Shown piece by piece: positions 18,958-27,836 of a DNA stretch of 64,000 bases; the first letter of the stretch is position 1, and each line of letters starts with the position of its first letter. Source of the DNA: an archaeon GW2011_AR15 (lineage in GTDB: Archaea > Nanobdellota > Nanobdellia > Woesearchaeales > GW2011-AR15); the NCBI GenBank assembly GCA_000830295.1, contig CP010425.1, positions 448,001-512,000 of the forward strand, given 5' to 3'. Below the pieces are notes generated by a model. That model did not search any database. It was not told the origin of the DNA and worked only from the letters and a program-made list of their open reading frames with translations. The translations under genes and the position numbers were made by a program.

Positions 18958-20375
18958 TTTGATTCGAAGTTTATCTTGGTTGTTTTTCTTGTCTGGAGGT
19001 CTATGTATATTGCCCATGCCGGCTGCGGCATAAGTCCCCTCCTTTCCTGGTATTTTGTCTGTGATATCCAGCAGGAGCAGTTGAGGAGTGTGACATTCCT
19101 GTAAGTATCGACAGATATCCTGTGAACGTGCCCGGTTGCGAGTATGTCCGGTACATCTTCTATTACAAGCGGGTCTCCATCATATCCCAGCTGATACTGT
19201 GTTGAGCCGTGTGTGGGGGCCAGGTGCCGCCTCTTTAGAAGGTATTTTAGAATGTTTTCTGTTGCCTCAAGGCCGCCTGCCTGCCTGATGGAATTGATGC
19301 TGGAAGCATAATAAGGGAAGGAAAACCCGTGGTAAAGCAAAATATCGATGCCGCTGAATGCCGCTGTCCTCCCTATGTTCACTATGCTCGGGCTGGAAAC
19401 GAGTATAATGTTTTCCTTTGATACAAGTTCCGGGATTAACTCTGACGGGAGTTCCGGCTGGGGCTCTGCTATTCTCACCGGGTCGTGGTTGCCGGGGCAG
19501 AGGATTATGGTAATATGCTCAGGAATTTTTTTTATGTAGTCGCTGAACTGCCTGTACTGCCCATATATATCTTCAACCTCAAGCTCTTTTTCCTGGCCGG
19601 GAAAAATTCCTATCCCCTCAACCAGGTCGCCGACTATGAAAAGGTATTTTATTTTTGATACCAATTCTTTCTGTGCTGCATCTCCTGTTTCTCCCCTTAT
19701 CCAGGAAATAAATTTTTCAAATTCTTTTCTCAGAAAAACCTGTGAGCCTATGTGAATGTCACTTATGAACACGGCTGCTTCTGCGTCCGGGCTTTTTTTA
19801 AGTTCTTTCGTGAGCGGAACGTCCGGCTGGACAATTGTGTTAAGGAAAATTATGTCGTTTCCTTTCATCCCTCCCACACCAACAACCTCATCCGGCGTCA
19901 GGTCTTTTGCCTGAGTGTGGAGGTCTTTGTTGTTTTTTGTGACAACTGCCTTTATAGTGCCTGTCTGGTCTTCCAGAACAAGCATGACATTGTCATTTTT
20001 TGTGACGCTAACATCCATTATCATGGCAATCAGTGAAACCTGTTCGCCTTCCTGGGCGGTCTTGCACTTTCTTATGGACATCGCATGCTCAAGCTCTCTC
20101 CTGCCCATAAGGATAGACTGGAGAAGTAGGTATCTGCTGTTATAAGTGTTGACAAAATCCATGAGGTCTTTTTTTGCGCTCTGTTCCTCATATGTTTTCA
20201 CAACCTCCACTTTTCTCCTGTGTGCCGGATGTTTTTTATCCTCTTTTCTTATTGGTGTTGTCTCGGTGGCGGGTTGGCCCTCCTGTTTTTCTGGGATGTT
20301 GCCAAGGTCTGCCTCGGTCATGTCTGGGCTTACCAGTATGCCCTTCTCCAGATATTCCTTTATTTTATCCCTCAT
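18954..20375 (-). CDS. polB: DNA polymerase D small (exonuclease) subunit DP1
   Basis: OB fold followed by SDIHIGS, GDLVEG, PGNHD, YHG, HLAPTHG, TGHVH phosphoesterase motifs. Confidence 0.96.
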   Translation of the reverse strand: MRDKIKEYLEKGILVSPDMTEADLGNIPEKQEGQPATETTPIRKEDKKHPAHRRKVEVVKTYEEQSAKKDLMDFVNTYNSRYLLLQSILMGRRELEHAMSIRKCKTAQEGEQVSLIAMIMDVSVTKNDNVMLVLEDQTGTIKAVVTKNNKDLHTQAKDLTPDEVVGVGGMKGNDIIFLNTIVQPDVPLTKELKKSPDAEAAVFISDIHIGSQVFLRKEFEKFISWIRGETGDAAQKELVSKIKYLFIVGDLVEGIGIFPGQEKELEVEDIYGQYRQFSDYIKKIPEHITIILCPGNHDPVRIAEPQPELPSELIPELVSKENIILVSSPSIVNIGRTAAFSGIDILLYHGFSFPYYASSINSIRQAGGLEATENILKYLLKRRHLAPTHGSTQYQLGYDGDPLVIEDVPDILATGHVHRISVDTYRNVTLLNCSCWISQTKYQERRGLMPQPAWAIYIDLQTRKTTKINFESK

Positions 20376-20376
20376 T

Positions 20377-21591
20377 CTACAAACCCAGGGCCTGTGTAAG
20401 AATCGTTTTGCATTTCTGCTTTATTGTACTCCCTATTTCTGATTTTATCTCCCTTGTCCTCCCGTATCTCCCCTTTGAAATTATAGTTGCATTTATGATT
20501 CCGAGCATGTCAAGTTCGCCGATTATATCTGATATCCTCCTCTGTGTAAGCGGCCTAAGATCTGTCTTGAGGCAGAGTTTCTTGTAAATTTCATAAACAT
20601 CGCCAGTATATACGCTCAGACTGTTGTTTTTTTCAAACATGAAAAGGATGCTGAGCAGTGCAACCTGAGACTGCTTTGGCTGGGTCTTTACTATCTCCAG
20701 AATCCTTTCTTTCTCTATTTTTTCCTCCGCATCGTCCAGGTGGTCTATTCTGACTTTTGAAATCCCTTTTCTTTCAGCAATCTCTCCTGCAACCCTCAGC
20801 AATTCCAGCGCCCTTCTGGCGTCCCCGTGCTCCCTTGCCGAATATGCTGCGCATTTTTCAATCACTCCTGCTTCAAGTGCATCATTTTTGAATGCCTGCT
20901 CTGCTCTTTTCTTCAGGATTTCCTTGAGCTGCACTGCATTGTATGGTGGAAACACGAGCTCCTCTTCGCTAAGCGAACTCCTCACCCTTGGGTCCATGCT
21001 TTCTGTAAATATCAGGTTGTTGCTGATCCCTATCAGGGTAATTGTTGTGGCGGAGATTTCCGTGTTGATTCTCGTCAGGTTGTAAATAACTTCGTCTCCG
21101 GCCTTTTTGATCAGCTGGTCTATTTCGTCAAGAATTATAATCACGTTCTTTTGCTTGGATTTCTCAAGAATCTTGAAAAATTTGTTGTATACCTCGTCTG
21201 TCGGCAGGCCGGTGTACGGCACCTCTTCTTCAAATTCTTTTATCAGCTGTGCAATCAGCCGGTATTCTGTGTCTGCAATCCTTTTCATCTTGCAGTTGAG
21301 GTATATTATTTTAAGCGGAATTTTTCTTTCTGTTGCAATCTGCTCCATCTTTCCGGAGACGTGCTTTATCGTAAGTGTCTTGCCGGACCCGGTCTTGCCA
21401 TAAATGAAGAGATTGGAGGGTTTGTCCTGCTTCAGTGCGGGCGCAAGGATGGCGGCAATTGTGTTTATCTGCTCCTCCCTGTGGATAACTGTTTCCGGAG
21501 TATATGATGCCTGAAGGGACTTCTTGTCCTTGAAAATAAGATTCTCATCAAGATACTTCTCAAAAAACCCCGCCAGCCCCTTTTGTGCCAT
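20377..21591 (-). CDS. cdc6: Orc1/Cdc6 replication initiator
   Basis: IYGKTGSGKT, ILDEID, VFPPYNA, GDARRALELLR, winged helix SKGRYGRT; start MAQKG at 21591. Confidence 0.97.
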   Translation of the reverse strand: MAQKGLAGFFEKYLDENLIFKDKKSLQASYTPETVIHREEQINTIAAILAPALKQDKPSNLFIYGKTGSGKTLTIKHVSGKMEQIATERKIPLKIIYLNCKMKRIADTEYRLIAQLIKEFEEEVPYTGLPTDEVYNKFFKILEKSKQKNVIIILDEIDQLIKKAGDEVIYNLTRINTEISATTITLIGISNNLIFTESMDPRVRSSLSEEELVFPPYNAVQLKEILKKRAEQAFKNDALEAGVIEKCAAYSAREHGDARRALELLRVAGEIAERKGISKVRIDHLDDAEEKIEKERILEIVKTQPKQSQVALLSILFMFEKNNSLSVYTGDVYEIYKKLCLKTDLRPLTQRRISDIIGELDMLGIINATIISKGRYGRTREIKSEIGSTIKQKCKTILTQALGL

Positions 21592-21595
21592 TCGG

Positions 21596-21808
21596 GTTTC
21601 CAGATGAAATATAGGTTTATAAAGTTTTGTGTTCTCAATCTTTCGTGCCCCCCTCCCCATGTTTTCCTGTGGAACTCGCGTATTTGGTTTTTTTGTTTCT
21701 TGGTTTTTATTTTATTTATTTTTATTTTTCAATATAGTAAATAATATAATTTTAAGAATTCTTTTTTATTTTATACCCGTTCCAAAAGAAACCGGGGGGG
21801 CCGGGCGG
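21596..21808. other. Putative chromosomal replication origin (oriC)
   Basis: Minus-strand ORB GTTCCACAGGAAAACATGGGGAGGGGGG at 21648-21675; plus-strand ORB GTTCCAAAAGAAACCGGGGGGG at 21779-21800; ~95-nt AT-rich tract between them; mini-ORB GTTTCCAGATGAAAT at 21596-21610; directly upstream of cdc6. Confidence 0.85.
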
Positions 21809-21949
21809 ATGCCACCACTACCTAATGATAAATAACCTAAACCTTTAAATATAAACAATTGTTCACTTCCACTCTCACAGGCAGAAGGTTCAGGGAAGCC
21901 ACAAAGAAAAGGGAGAACACAGCAAAGAAAGAACGCGAGGGGAAAAAGA

Positions 21950-22723
21950 ATGATTGTTGAAAAAAAAATATTATCAAAACTAAAGGACTTTGGCCTTAAT
22001 TCATATGAAAGTAAGGTGTGGGTTGCTCTGCTCTCAAGGGGAGTTTCTACCGCAGGGGAGCTTTCTGACATTGCAAATGTTCCAAGGTCAAGATCCTATG
22101 ATGTTCTGGAAAGCCTTGAAAAAAAGGGATTTGTTGTGATGAAACTGGGAAAGCCAATAAAATATATTGCAGTGCCGCCGCCCGAGGCAATAGAAAGGCT
22201 AAAGAAGAGAGTTGCTGCAGAGGCCGAGGAGCACAGCAAGATTCTTGAAGAACTAAAGGACAGTGAGGTTATGTTACAGCTTACCTCTCTCCATACCGAC
22301 GGGATAGAGACACAGGACCCAAGCGAGCTGACAGGGAGCCTGAAGGGAAGAGAAAATATATACAACCACCTCGAATATCAAATAAAATCTGCAAAGAACC
22401 GCGTTGTTATAGCAACAACAGAAGAGGGGCTCAAAAGAAAAACAGTGGCACTCCTTAAGCAGATAAAAAAAGCAAAAGAGAGGGGAGTTGAGATTATGAT
22501 TGCAGCACCCTATACAGAAAAGACAAAGAAAGAAAGGGAAATGCTTTCAGAATATGCAGAGATGAAAAACATAACCATGCCAAGCACAAGGGCATGCATT
22601 GTGGACAACAAACAGGTTACGCTGATGCTTACAGACGACAAAGAGGTTCATCCGAGCTATGATCTTGCGATATGGATGAACTCGCCATATTTTGCCAAAT
22701 CTTTGACGTCGGCTCTTAACTGA
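21950..22723 (+). CDS. TrmB-family transcriptional regulator
   Basis: FGLNSYESKVWVALL...ANVPRSRSYDVLESLEKKGFV...KPIKYIAVPP winged helix plus effector-binding domain. Confidence 0.92.
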   Translation: MIVEKKILSKLKDFGLNSYESKVWVALLSRGVSTAGELSDIANVPRSRSYDVLESLEKKGFVVMKLGKPIKYIAVPPPEAIERLKKRVAAEAEEHSKILEELKDSEVMLQLTSLHTDGIETQDPSELTGSLKGRENIYNHLEYQIKSAKNRVVIATTEEGLKRKTVALLKQIKKAKERGVEIMIAAPYTEKTKKEREMLSEYAEMKNITMPSTRACIVDNKQVTLMLTDDKEVHPSYDLAIWMNSPYFAKSLTSALN

Positions 22724-22818
22724 TTTTTCTCTTACTTTATTCTCTTTTTTCTTTATCAAAAACTTTATATAGTCTATTCTTTAATTTATATTTAAAAACT
22801 CAAAGAGGTGCGCAAAAC

Positions 22819-23049
22819 ATGGTATTTTCATCAGGAGAACAGGTAATTTTAGCGGTCATAATCGGCACGCTTGCGGCAATAGTGTACAGTCTCAGAGTCC
22901 TTGTATTAATGGAAAGAAGGATTGCAAGGCTGGATGAAAATATTGAGAAGCTGGTTAAATCCGTGCTGAGAGAAGAACTGAAGATAGAAAAAGAAGAGCA
23001 AGTGATAGAAAAGGAACTGGGTAGAAAAAGAAAAATAAAGAAGAGATAA
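22819..23049 (+). CDS. Small membrane protein with coiled-coil tail
   Basis: GAGGTG RBS; TM segment VILAVIIGTLAAIVYSLRVLVLM followed by a charged helix. Confidence 0.75.
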   Translation: MVFSSGEQVILAVIIGTLAAIVYSLRVLVLMERRIARLDENIEKLVKSVLREELKIEKEEQVIEKELGRKRKIKKR

Positions 23050-23050
23050 A

Positions 23051-23887
23051 ATGGAACACCAGGTAGGGAAAGAGCTCCTTACATACTATAACCAGGACAT
23101 TTCTGCAAAAGCAGGGCTTGAGACAATATATGCCCTTACACAGGAGGAAGGAATAGGGTTTGCAGAGCTGTTCCACGCCAGGGACGCGCTTTTGTCCAAA
23201 GAGCCGCACAATATTGTTCTCAGGAATATTACAGAGCAGTTTTTAAGCAAACTGTCCCGGCACAACCTTGGGCAGGAGGCGGGAGAAAAAAAACAAAGGC
23301 TGCAGGAGGCACTTGACGAAGCAGAGAAAAACGTCGCAATCCACGTATCAAAGAAGATAAAAAAAGGCAGCACCGCCTTTTTTCATTCATTGAACCACCA
23401 CCTTGTCTCTGCGGAAAAGCACACATCAAAGCACAAGAACTTCTGGGTAAATCTTGTTGATAACTATCCGCTGAACTTTGGGTCTCTCTTTCACAATTTT
23501 CTTCAGAAAAACAGAAAAAATTCAAAGCTCTTCTTTGATCTTGCAATGGAAAAGGCAGTAGCTGAATCAGACGCGTGCTTTCTTGGTGCAGATGCAGTTA
23601 CAAACAAAGGAAACTCAATCGTAAAGACAGGAAGTCAAATGGCTGCGGATATGGCGGCAAAGAACCGCGTGCCCCTCTATGTCTGTGCACCCTCATGGAA
23701 ATTTGACTTCAGGGGGGAAGCAGCCAAGCATTTTTTCAAAGAAAAAGAGATAAAAAACAGGCAGGGCCACATCTTTGAAGAGCTCCCGAAGAACAAGATT
23801 ACTGCCTATATAACGGAAAACGGAATTTTCAAGCCAGACCAGGCGTTCTCGGAGCTGAAAATCCATGGCAACCTTTTTAACTTCTGA
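23051..23887 (+). CDS. eIF-2B alpha/beta/delta / ribose-1,5-bisphosphate isomerase-family protein, divergent
   Basis: LGADAVTNKGNSIVKTGS, VPLYVCAPSWKF, FEELP...ITAYITENGI. Confidence 0.75.
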   Translation: MEHQVGKELLTYYNQDISAKAGLETIYALTQEEGIGFAELFHARDALLSKEPHNIVLRNITEQFLSKLSRHNLGQEAGEKKQRLQEALDEAEKNVAIHVSKKIKKGSTAFFHSLNHHLVSAEKHTSKHKNFWVNLVDNYPLNFGSLFHNFLQKNRKNSKLFFDLAMEKAVAESDACFLGADAVTNKGNSIVKTGSQMAADMAAKNRVPLYVCAPSWKFDFRGEAAKHFFKEKEIKNRQGHIFEELPKNKITAYITENGIFKPDQAFSELKIHGNLFNF

Positions 23888-24260
23888 CCAGGGTATCAAA
23901 GTCCAGGCCTTTGTTTTCACACTCTTTTTTATGAAATACCATGTTCTGCCCCGTGTCCTCAAGGTCCTCAGGATTGACAAATACCCAGTCTCTTGAAAAT
24001 TTTATTGCGATCCAGGGCTCTGCCCCAAAATACTGTGAGAAATTGGACAGCTGCTTTATCTGGTCTTTCTGAAAATATTTTTTATCGGCTTTTGTTGCCT
24101 TTACTTCTATTGCCAGTCTTCTTATGCCGTTGCCTGCAAGAAGATCAGGAGAAGGAAAGTGCATGCTTCCTGAACCTGCAGACCGCATTGCTGCCCAGGA
24201 AGCACCCCAGAGCATGTTAAGAAGTTCTCTCTCAGCATTGCTGCCTTTTATCTTTGACAT
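23877..24260 (-). CDS. hjc: Holliday junction resolvase Hjc
   Basis: KGSNAERELL, RSAGSG, PDLLAGNG, AIEVK. Confidence 0.93.
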   Translation of the reverse strand: MSKIKGSNAERELLNMLWGASWAAMRSAGSGSMHFPSPDLLAGNGIRRLAIEVKATKADKKYFQKDQIKQLSNFSQYFGAEPWIAIKFSRDWVFVNPEDLEDTGQNMVFHKKECENKGLDFDTLVRS

Positions 24261-24264
24261 ATTT

Positions 24265-25152
24265 TTAGGGCCTGATTTTCATGAAATCGTGCGCAATTCG
24301 CACATCTCTGAAAACAGTTTTTGCCTCTTCCAGCACATTTTCCGGAGTTTTATATCGCTGTGACAAGTGAGTAAGTATAAGCTCCTTTACCCCGGACCGA
24401 GATGCGGCTGTTGCTGCCTGCCTTGCAGTCATATGCTTATATTCCTCTGCTTTGTTCTCCAAATCCGAAGTAAAGGAAGCCTCGGAGATAAGAAGATCCG
24501 CGTCCTGTGCCAGATCATAGACCCCGTTGCAGAGCATAGTATCAAGCACAACAGCAATTTTTTTGCCTTCTACAACATAAGTTGTGTCTTTAGGCGACAC
24601 AATTTTTCCCTTCCACCTCACTGGTTTATTTTCCTGCAGTTTTCCCAGCAGCGGCCCATCCGGAATCCCAAGTTTTTTTATGACATTTGTCTTTATCCTT
24701 CTTTTATCCTTTTCTTCAATCCTGTAACCAAGGCACGGCATGCCGTGTTCAAGTTCCCTGGAAATGACAGAAAAGTCCCTGAATTTCAGTTCTGTGTTTT
24801 TTATTTCCTTAATCGAATGTTCAAACTCTATATTAAATGAAAATGCCTTAAACAGGTGTTCAAGCCTTTCTTTTGTCCCTTCCGGGCCGTATATCTCGAG
24901 CTTCCTGTCATAATCTGACGTGCCGAGCGTCTGCAGAAGCCCGGGGAGCCCAAGGACATGGTCTCCGTGCCAATGCGTTATGAATATCTTTGATATCCTG
25001 CCCGGCCGTATATCCGCTATTTTCAGCTGCCGTTGCGTCCCCTCCCCGCAGTCTATAAGAAGGCCTTCGCCATTATGAGAGATAAAAATAGACTGGTGGT
25101 TTCTTTCCTTTGTTGGCACCATGCTTCCTGTGCCGAGAAAAACAACTTCCAT
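24265..25152 (-). CDS. rnz: Ribonuclease Z
   Basis: FLGTGSMVPTKERN, DCGEGTQ, THWHGDHVLG, GP exosite, LTHLSQRY. Confidence 0.95.
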   Translation of the reverse strand: MEVVFLGTGSMVPTKERNHQSIFISHNGEGLLIDCGEGTQRQLKIADIRPGRISKIFITHWHGDHVLGLPGLLQTLGTSDYDRKLEIYGPEGTKERLEHLFKAFSFNIEFEHSIKEIKNTELKFRDFSVISRELEHGMPCLGYRIEEKDKRRIKTNVIKKLGIPDGPLLGKLQENKPVRWKGKIVSPKDTTYVVEGKKIAVVLDTMLCNGVYDLAQDADLLISEASFTSDLENKAEEYKHMTARQAATAASRSGVKELILTHLSQRYKTPENVLEEAKTVFRDVRIAHDFMKIRP

Positions 25153-25200
25153 TTATGCAGGTAATGTATGTTTGTTTTTATATATTGTGAAGGGCAAGTT

Positions 25201-25224
25201 ATTATTTTCTATATAGAAAATAAT
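25201..25224. repeat. Perfect 24-bp palindrome between divergent rnz and endA
   Basis: ATTATTTTCTATATAGAAAATAAT equals its own reverse complement. Confidence 0.85.
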
Positions 25225-25270
25225 TAATAAAATAAAATTCTTTTTATACCCGGCAGGGTTCCAGACATAT

Positions 25271-25825
25271 ATGCCAAAACAAAAAGAAGATCCGGGGCCA
25301 AGAGAACCAGTCATGGCAAAATTCTACAAAGGAGAGGTGTTGCTGGAAAAATCTCCGGCAGCCCTTGAATTATTTAACCAGAGCAGATACGGGGCACTGC
25401 GCGGGGAGAGGGTAATTCTTTCACCAATAGAAGGGCTATACCTTCTTGAAAAAGAGAGACTTGAAGTAACAGATGCCAGAAACCATAAGCTGGACTATGA
25501 TGAATATCTGAAAAAAGCAGCAAGGGCACAGCCGAATTTTCCAACAAGATATGCAGTGTTTAGGGATTTGAGGAACAGGGGATATATAGTCAAGACAGCC
25601 CTCAAGTTTGGAGCAGATTTCAGAGTATATGAAAGGGGAGTCAGGCCAGGAGACGACCATGCAAAATGGGTTGTTTATCCTGTCCAGGAAGGAGAAACCC
25701 TGACATGGTATGAATTTGCAGCAAAGAACAGGGTCGCGCATTCAACAAAAAAGAGGCTTCTGCTTGGAGTTGCTGATGAGGAGCAGGATGTTTCCTACTG
25801 GGAATGCCGCTGGGTGAGACCATAA
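25271..25825 (+). CDS. endA: tRNA splicing endonuclease (single-unit type)
   Basis: LSPIEGLYL, VFRDLRNRGYIVKTALKFGADFRVY, DHA, RVAHSTKKRLLL. Confidence 0.93.
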   Translation: MPKQKEDPGPREPVMAKFYKGEVLLEKSPAALELFNQSRYGALRGERVILSPIEGLYLLEKERLEVTDARNHKLDYDEYLKKAARAQPNFPTRYAVFRDLRNRGYIVKTALKFGADFRVYERGVRPGDDHAKWVVYPVQEGETLTWYEFAAKNRVAHSTKKRLLLGVADEEQDVSYWECRWVRP

Positions 25826-25858
25826 TCTTTATATAAGTACTTCACAATTTCTGAATGT

Positions 25859-26791
25859 ATGATTGACAGGAACAAAGTGCTTTCTATTGTTAAGCTAAAA
25901 GGGCCGGTGCTTCCAATGGAGGTTGCAAAAGAGGTCGGCAGCGACACGATTTTCACAGGGGCGGTCCTCAGCGAACTCCTTGACAAAAAACTCATCAAAA
26001 TAAGCTCTGCAAAAATAGGCGGAAGCCCGGTTTATTATGCAGAAGGACAGGAAGAAAGGCTCCACAGGCTCTATAATTATCTGAATGAAAAGGACAGGCG
26101 CGCATATGACCTGTTGAAGCAGCAAAAGATAATCAATGACTCAGAGGCAGATCCCCTTCTCAGAGTCGCGCTTAGGAGTATAAAGGATTTTGCAAAGGCA
26201 CTTGAAGTAAATATGGACGGGGAGAAGATAATTTTCTGGAAATGGTATTTATTATCTGGAGCAGATGCAGAAAGAATAATAAGGGAAAAGCTTGGTATCA
26301 GGCAGGCTGAGCCAGAAGAGAGGAAAACAGAAGAGCCAAAAGAATCAAAAAAAGAGCCAGAGCAGAGAAAAGCCCAGAGAGAAGAAAGGAAAGAGGAGAA
26401 AAAAGAGACCCTGCCTGAGAAGAAAGAAGAGCAGAAAAAGCTTGAGAAAGAGGATACAGATGAAGGCGGCCACGAGCTCCTTGCAGATGTAAAGAAAGTT
26501 TTCAGGGAGAAAGGGATTGAAGTTCTTGAAACCGCAGTTATAAGGAAGAATTCAGACATAGAGATGACTATAAAAGTGCCCTCCCAGGTCGGCAGGCTGA
26601 CATATTTCTGCAAGATAAGAAACAAGAAGAAAAGCAATGACAAGGACCTCAGCAGTGTCTATGTCGACGGCCAGGTAAAAAAACTCCCTGTATTGTATGT
26701 GACCACGGGGGAGCTGACAAAGAAGGCGCTTGAGAAATTAGAGAACGAATTCAAGATGATATCTGTACTATACCTGAAAAATGGGAACTAA
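25859..26791 (+). CDS. Hypothetical protein: N-terminal winged helix, charged linker, C-terminal alpha/beta domain
   Basis: GPVLPMEVAKEVGSDTIFTGAVLSEL...GGSPVYY; E/K-rich linker; overlaps the fen start. Confidence 0.75.
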   Translation: MIDRNKVLSIVKLKGPVLPMEVAKEVGSDTIFTGAVLSELLDKKLIKISSAKIGGSPVYYAEGQEERLHRLYNYLNEKDRRAYDLLKQQKIINDSEADPLLRVALRSIKDFAKALEVNMDGEKIIFWKWYLLSGADAERIIREKLGIRQAEPEERKTEEPKESKKEPEQRKAQREERKEEKKETLPEKKEEQKKLEKEDTDEGGHELLADVKKVFREKGIEVLETAVIRKNSDIEMTIKVPSQVGRLTYFCKIRNKKKSNDKDLSSVYVDGQVKKLPVLYVTTGELTKKALEKLENEFKMISVLYLKNGN

Positions 26792-27800
26792 CCTCAGCAC
26801 GATAATAGTGTCAAAAGAGATTACCCTGTCAGACCTTTCCGGAAAGCCTCTTGCAGTTGATGCATACAACCTTCTTTACCAGTTTATCACAACAATAAGG
26901 CAGCCGGACGGCACGCCTCTTATGGACTCCAAAGGGAATATAACAAGCCACCTTTCAGGCCTCTTTTTCAGGGTGACAAAGCTCATGAACAGCAACATAA
27001 AGCTGGCATTTGTGTTTGACGGAAAGCCGCCGGAGCTGAAGAAAGAAGAGATTGAGAGGAGAAAAGAGGTAAAGCAGGACGCCCAGAGGAAATATGAGAA
27101 GGCGGTTGAGGAAGAGGACATTGAGCTGATGAGAAAGTATTCGGCAAGGACAGCAAGGCTTACCCAGGAAATGATTGATGAATCCAAAGAGCTTGTTGCT
27201 GCACTGGGGCTTCCTGTAATCCAGGCGCCTTCAGAGGGAGAGGCGCAGGCATCATACATGGCAAAAAAAGGGGACGTATACGGCATAGTCAGCCAGGACA
27301 CAGACGGGATGCTGTTCGGCAGCCCTATAATTATAAAAAACCTCTCTATAACAGGCAGGAGAAAAATAAGGGAGGCATACCATAAAGTCCTGCCTGAACA
27401 GATTTCACTTTCCGACAACCTTAATGAGCTCGGGCTGGATCAGGAACAGCTTATCATTGTTGCGATGCTTTGCGGCACAGACTTCAATGTGGGAGGAGTT
27501 AAGGGGATTGGACCGAAAAAGGCGCTCGCTCTTGTGAAGAAGCATAAAAAGGATTTCAATAAGGTTTTTGAAGAAGCGAAATGGAGCGAGTTTTTTGAGT
27601 ATCCCTGGAAAAAAGTTTTCAGCACAATAAAAAATATTCCGACGACAGATGAGTATAGCCTGAAATGGGGGGCAGTTGACAGGGAAAAAATCTATGAAAT
27701 ACTTGTTGAAAGGCACGAATTCCTGAAGGAAAGAATTGACAGCTCAATTTCAGGAGTTTCAAAGAAACAGGCCCAGAAAGGCCTTTCAGACTTTTTTTGA
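26781..27800 (+). CDS. fen: Flap endonuclease 1
   Basis: AVDAYNLLYQF, FVFDGKPP, APSEGEAQA, GTDFNVGGVKGIGPKKA, C-terminal PIP box QKGLSDFF. Confidence 0.97.
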   Translation: MGTNLSTIIVSKEITLSDLSGKPLAVDAYNLLYQFITTIRQPDGTPLMDSKGNITSHLSGLFFRVTKLMNSNIKLAFVFDGKPPELKKEEIERRKEVKQDAQRKYEKAVEEEDIELMRKYSARTARLTQEMIDESKELVAALGLPVIQAPSEGEAQASYMAKKGDVYGIVSQDTDGMLFGSPIIIKNLSITGRRKIREAYHKVLPEQISLSDNLNELGLDQEQLIIVAMLCGTDFNVGGVKGIGPKKALALVKKHKKDFNKVFEEAKWSEFFEYPWKKVFSTIKNIPTTDEYSLKWGAVDREKIYEILVERHEFLKERIDSSISGVSKKQAQKGLSDFF

Positions 27801-27836
27801 ATTACTTTTTTAAATCCAGATATAGTTCTAGACAGC

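Noticed and set aside
15451-21591. Possible inteins in DP2 or Cdc6
   Set aside because: Lengths are normal, and RRNCDGDE and the Walker A regions are uninterrupted.
21629-22071. Short ORFs across the cdc6-trmB gap
   Set aside because: Low-complexity translations of the origin tract and antisense of trmB.
25201-25224. Palindrome as an Xer dif site
   Set aside because: No 11-bp arms with TAA-6nt-TTA spacing, and it lies close to the predicted origin.
26300-26470. Purine-rich quasi-repeats
   Set aside because: Encodes an E/K-rich linker; no constant repeat or spacer unit, so not CRISPR or a tandem repeat.
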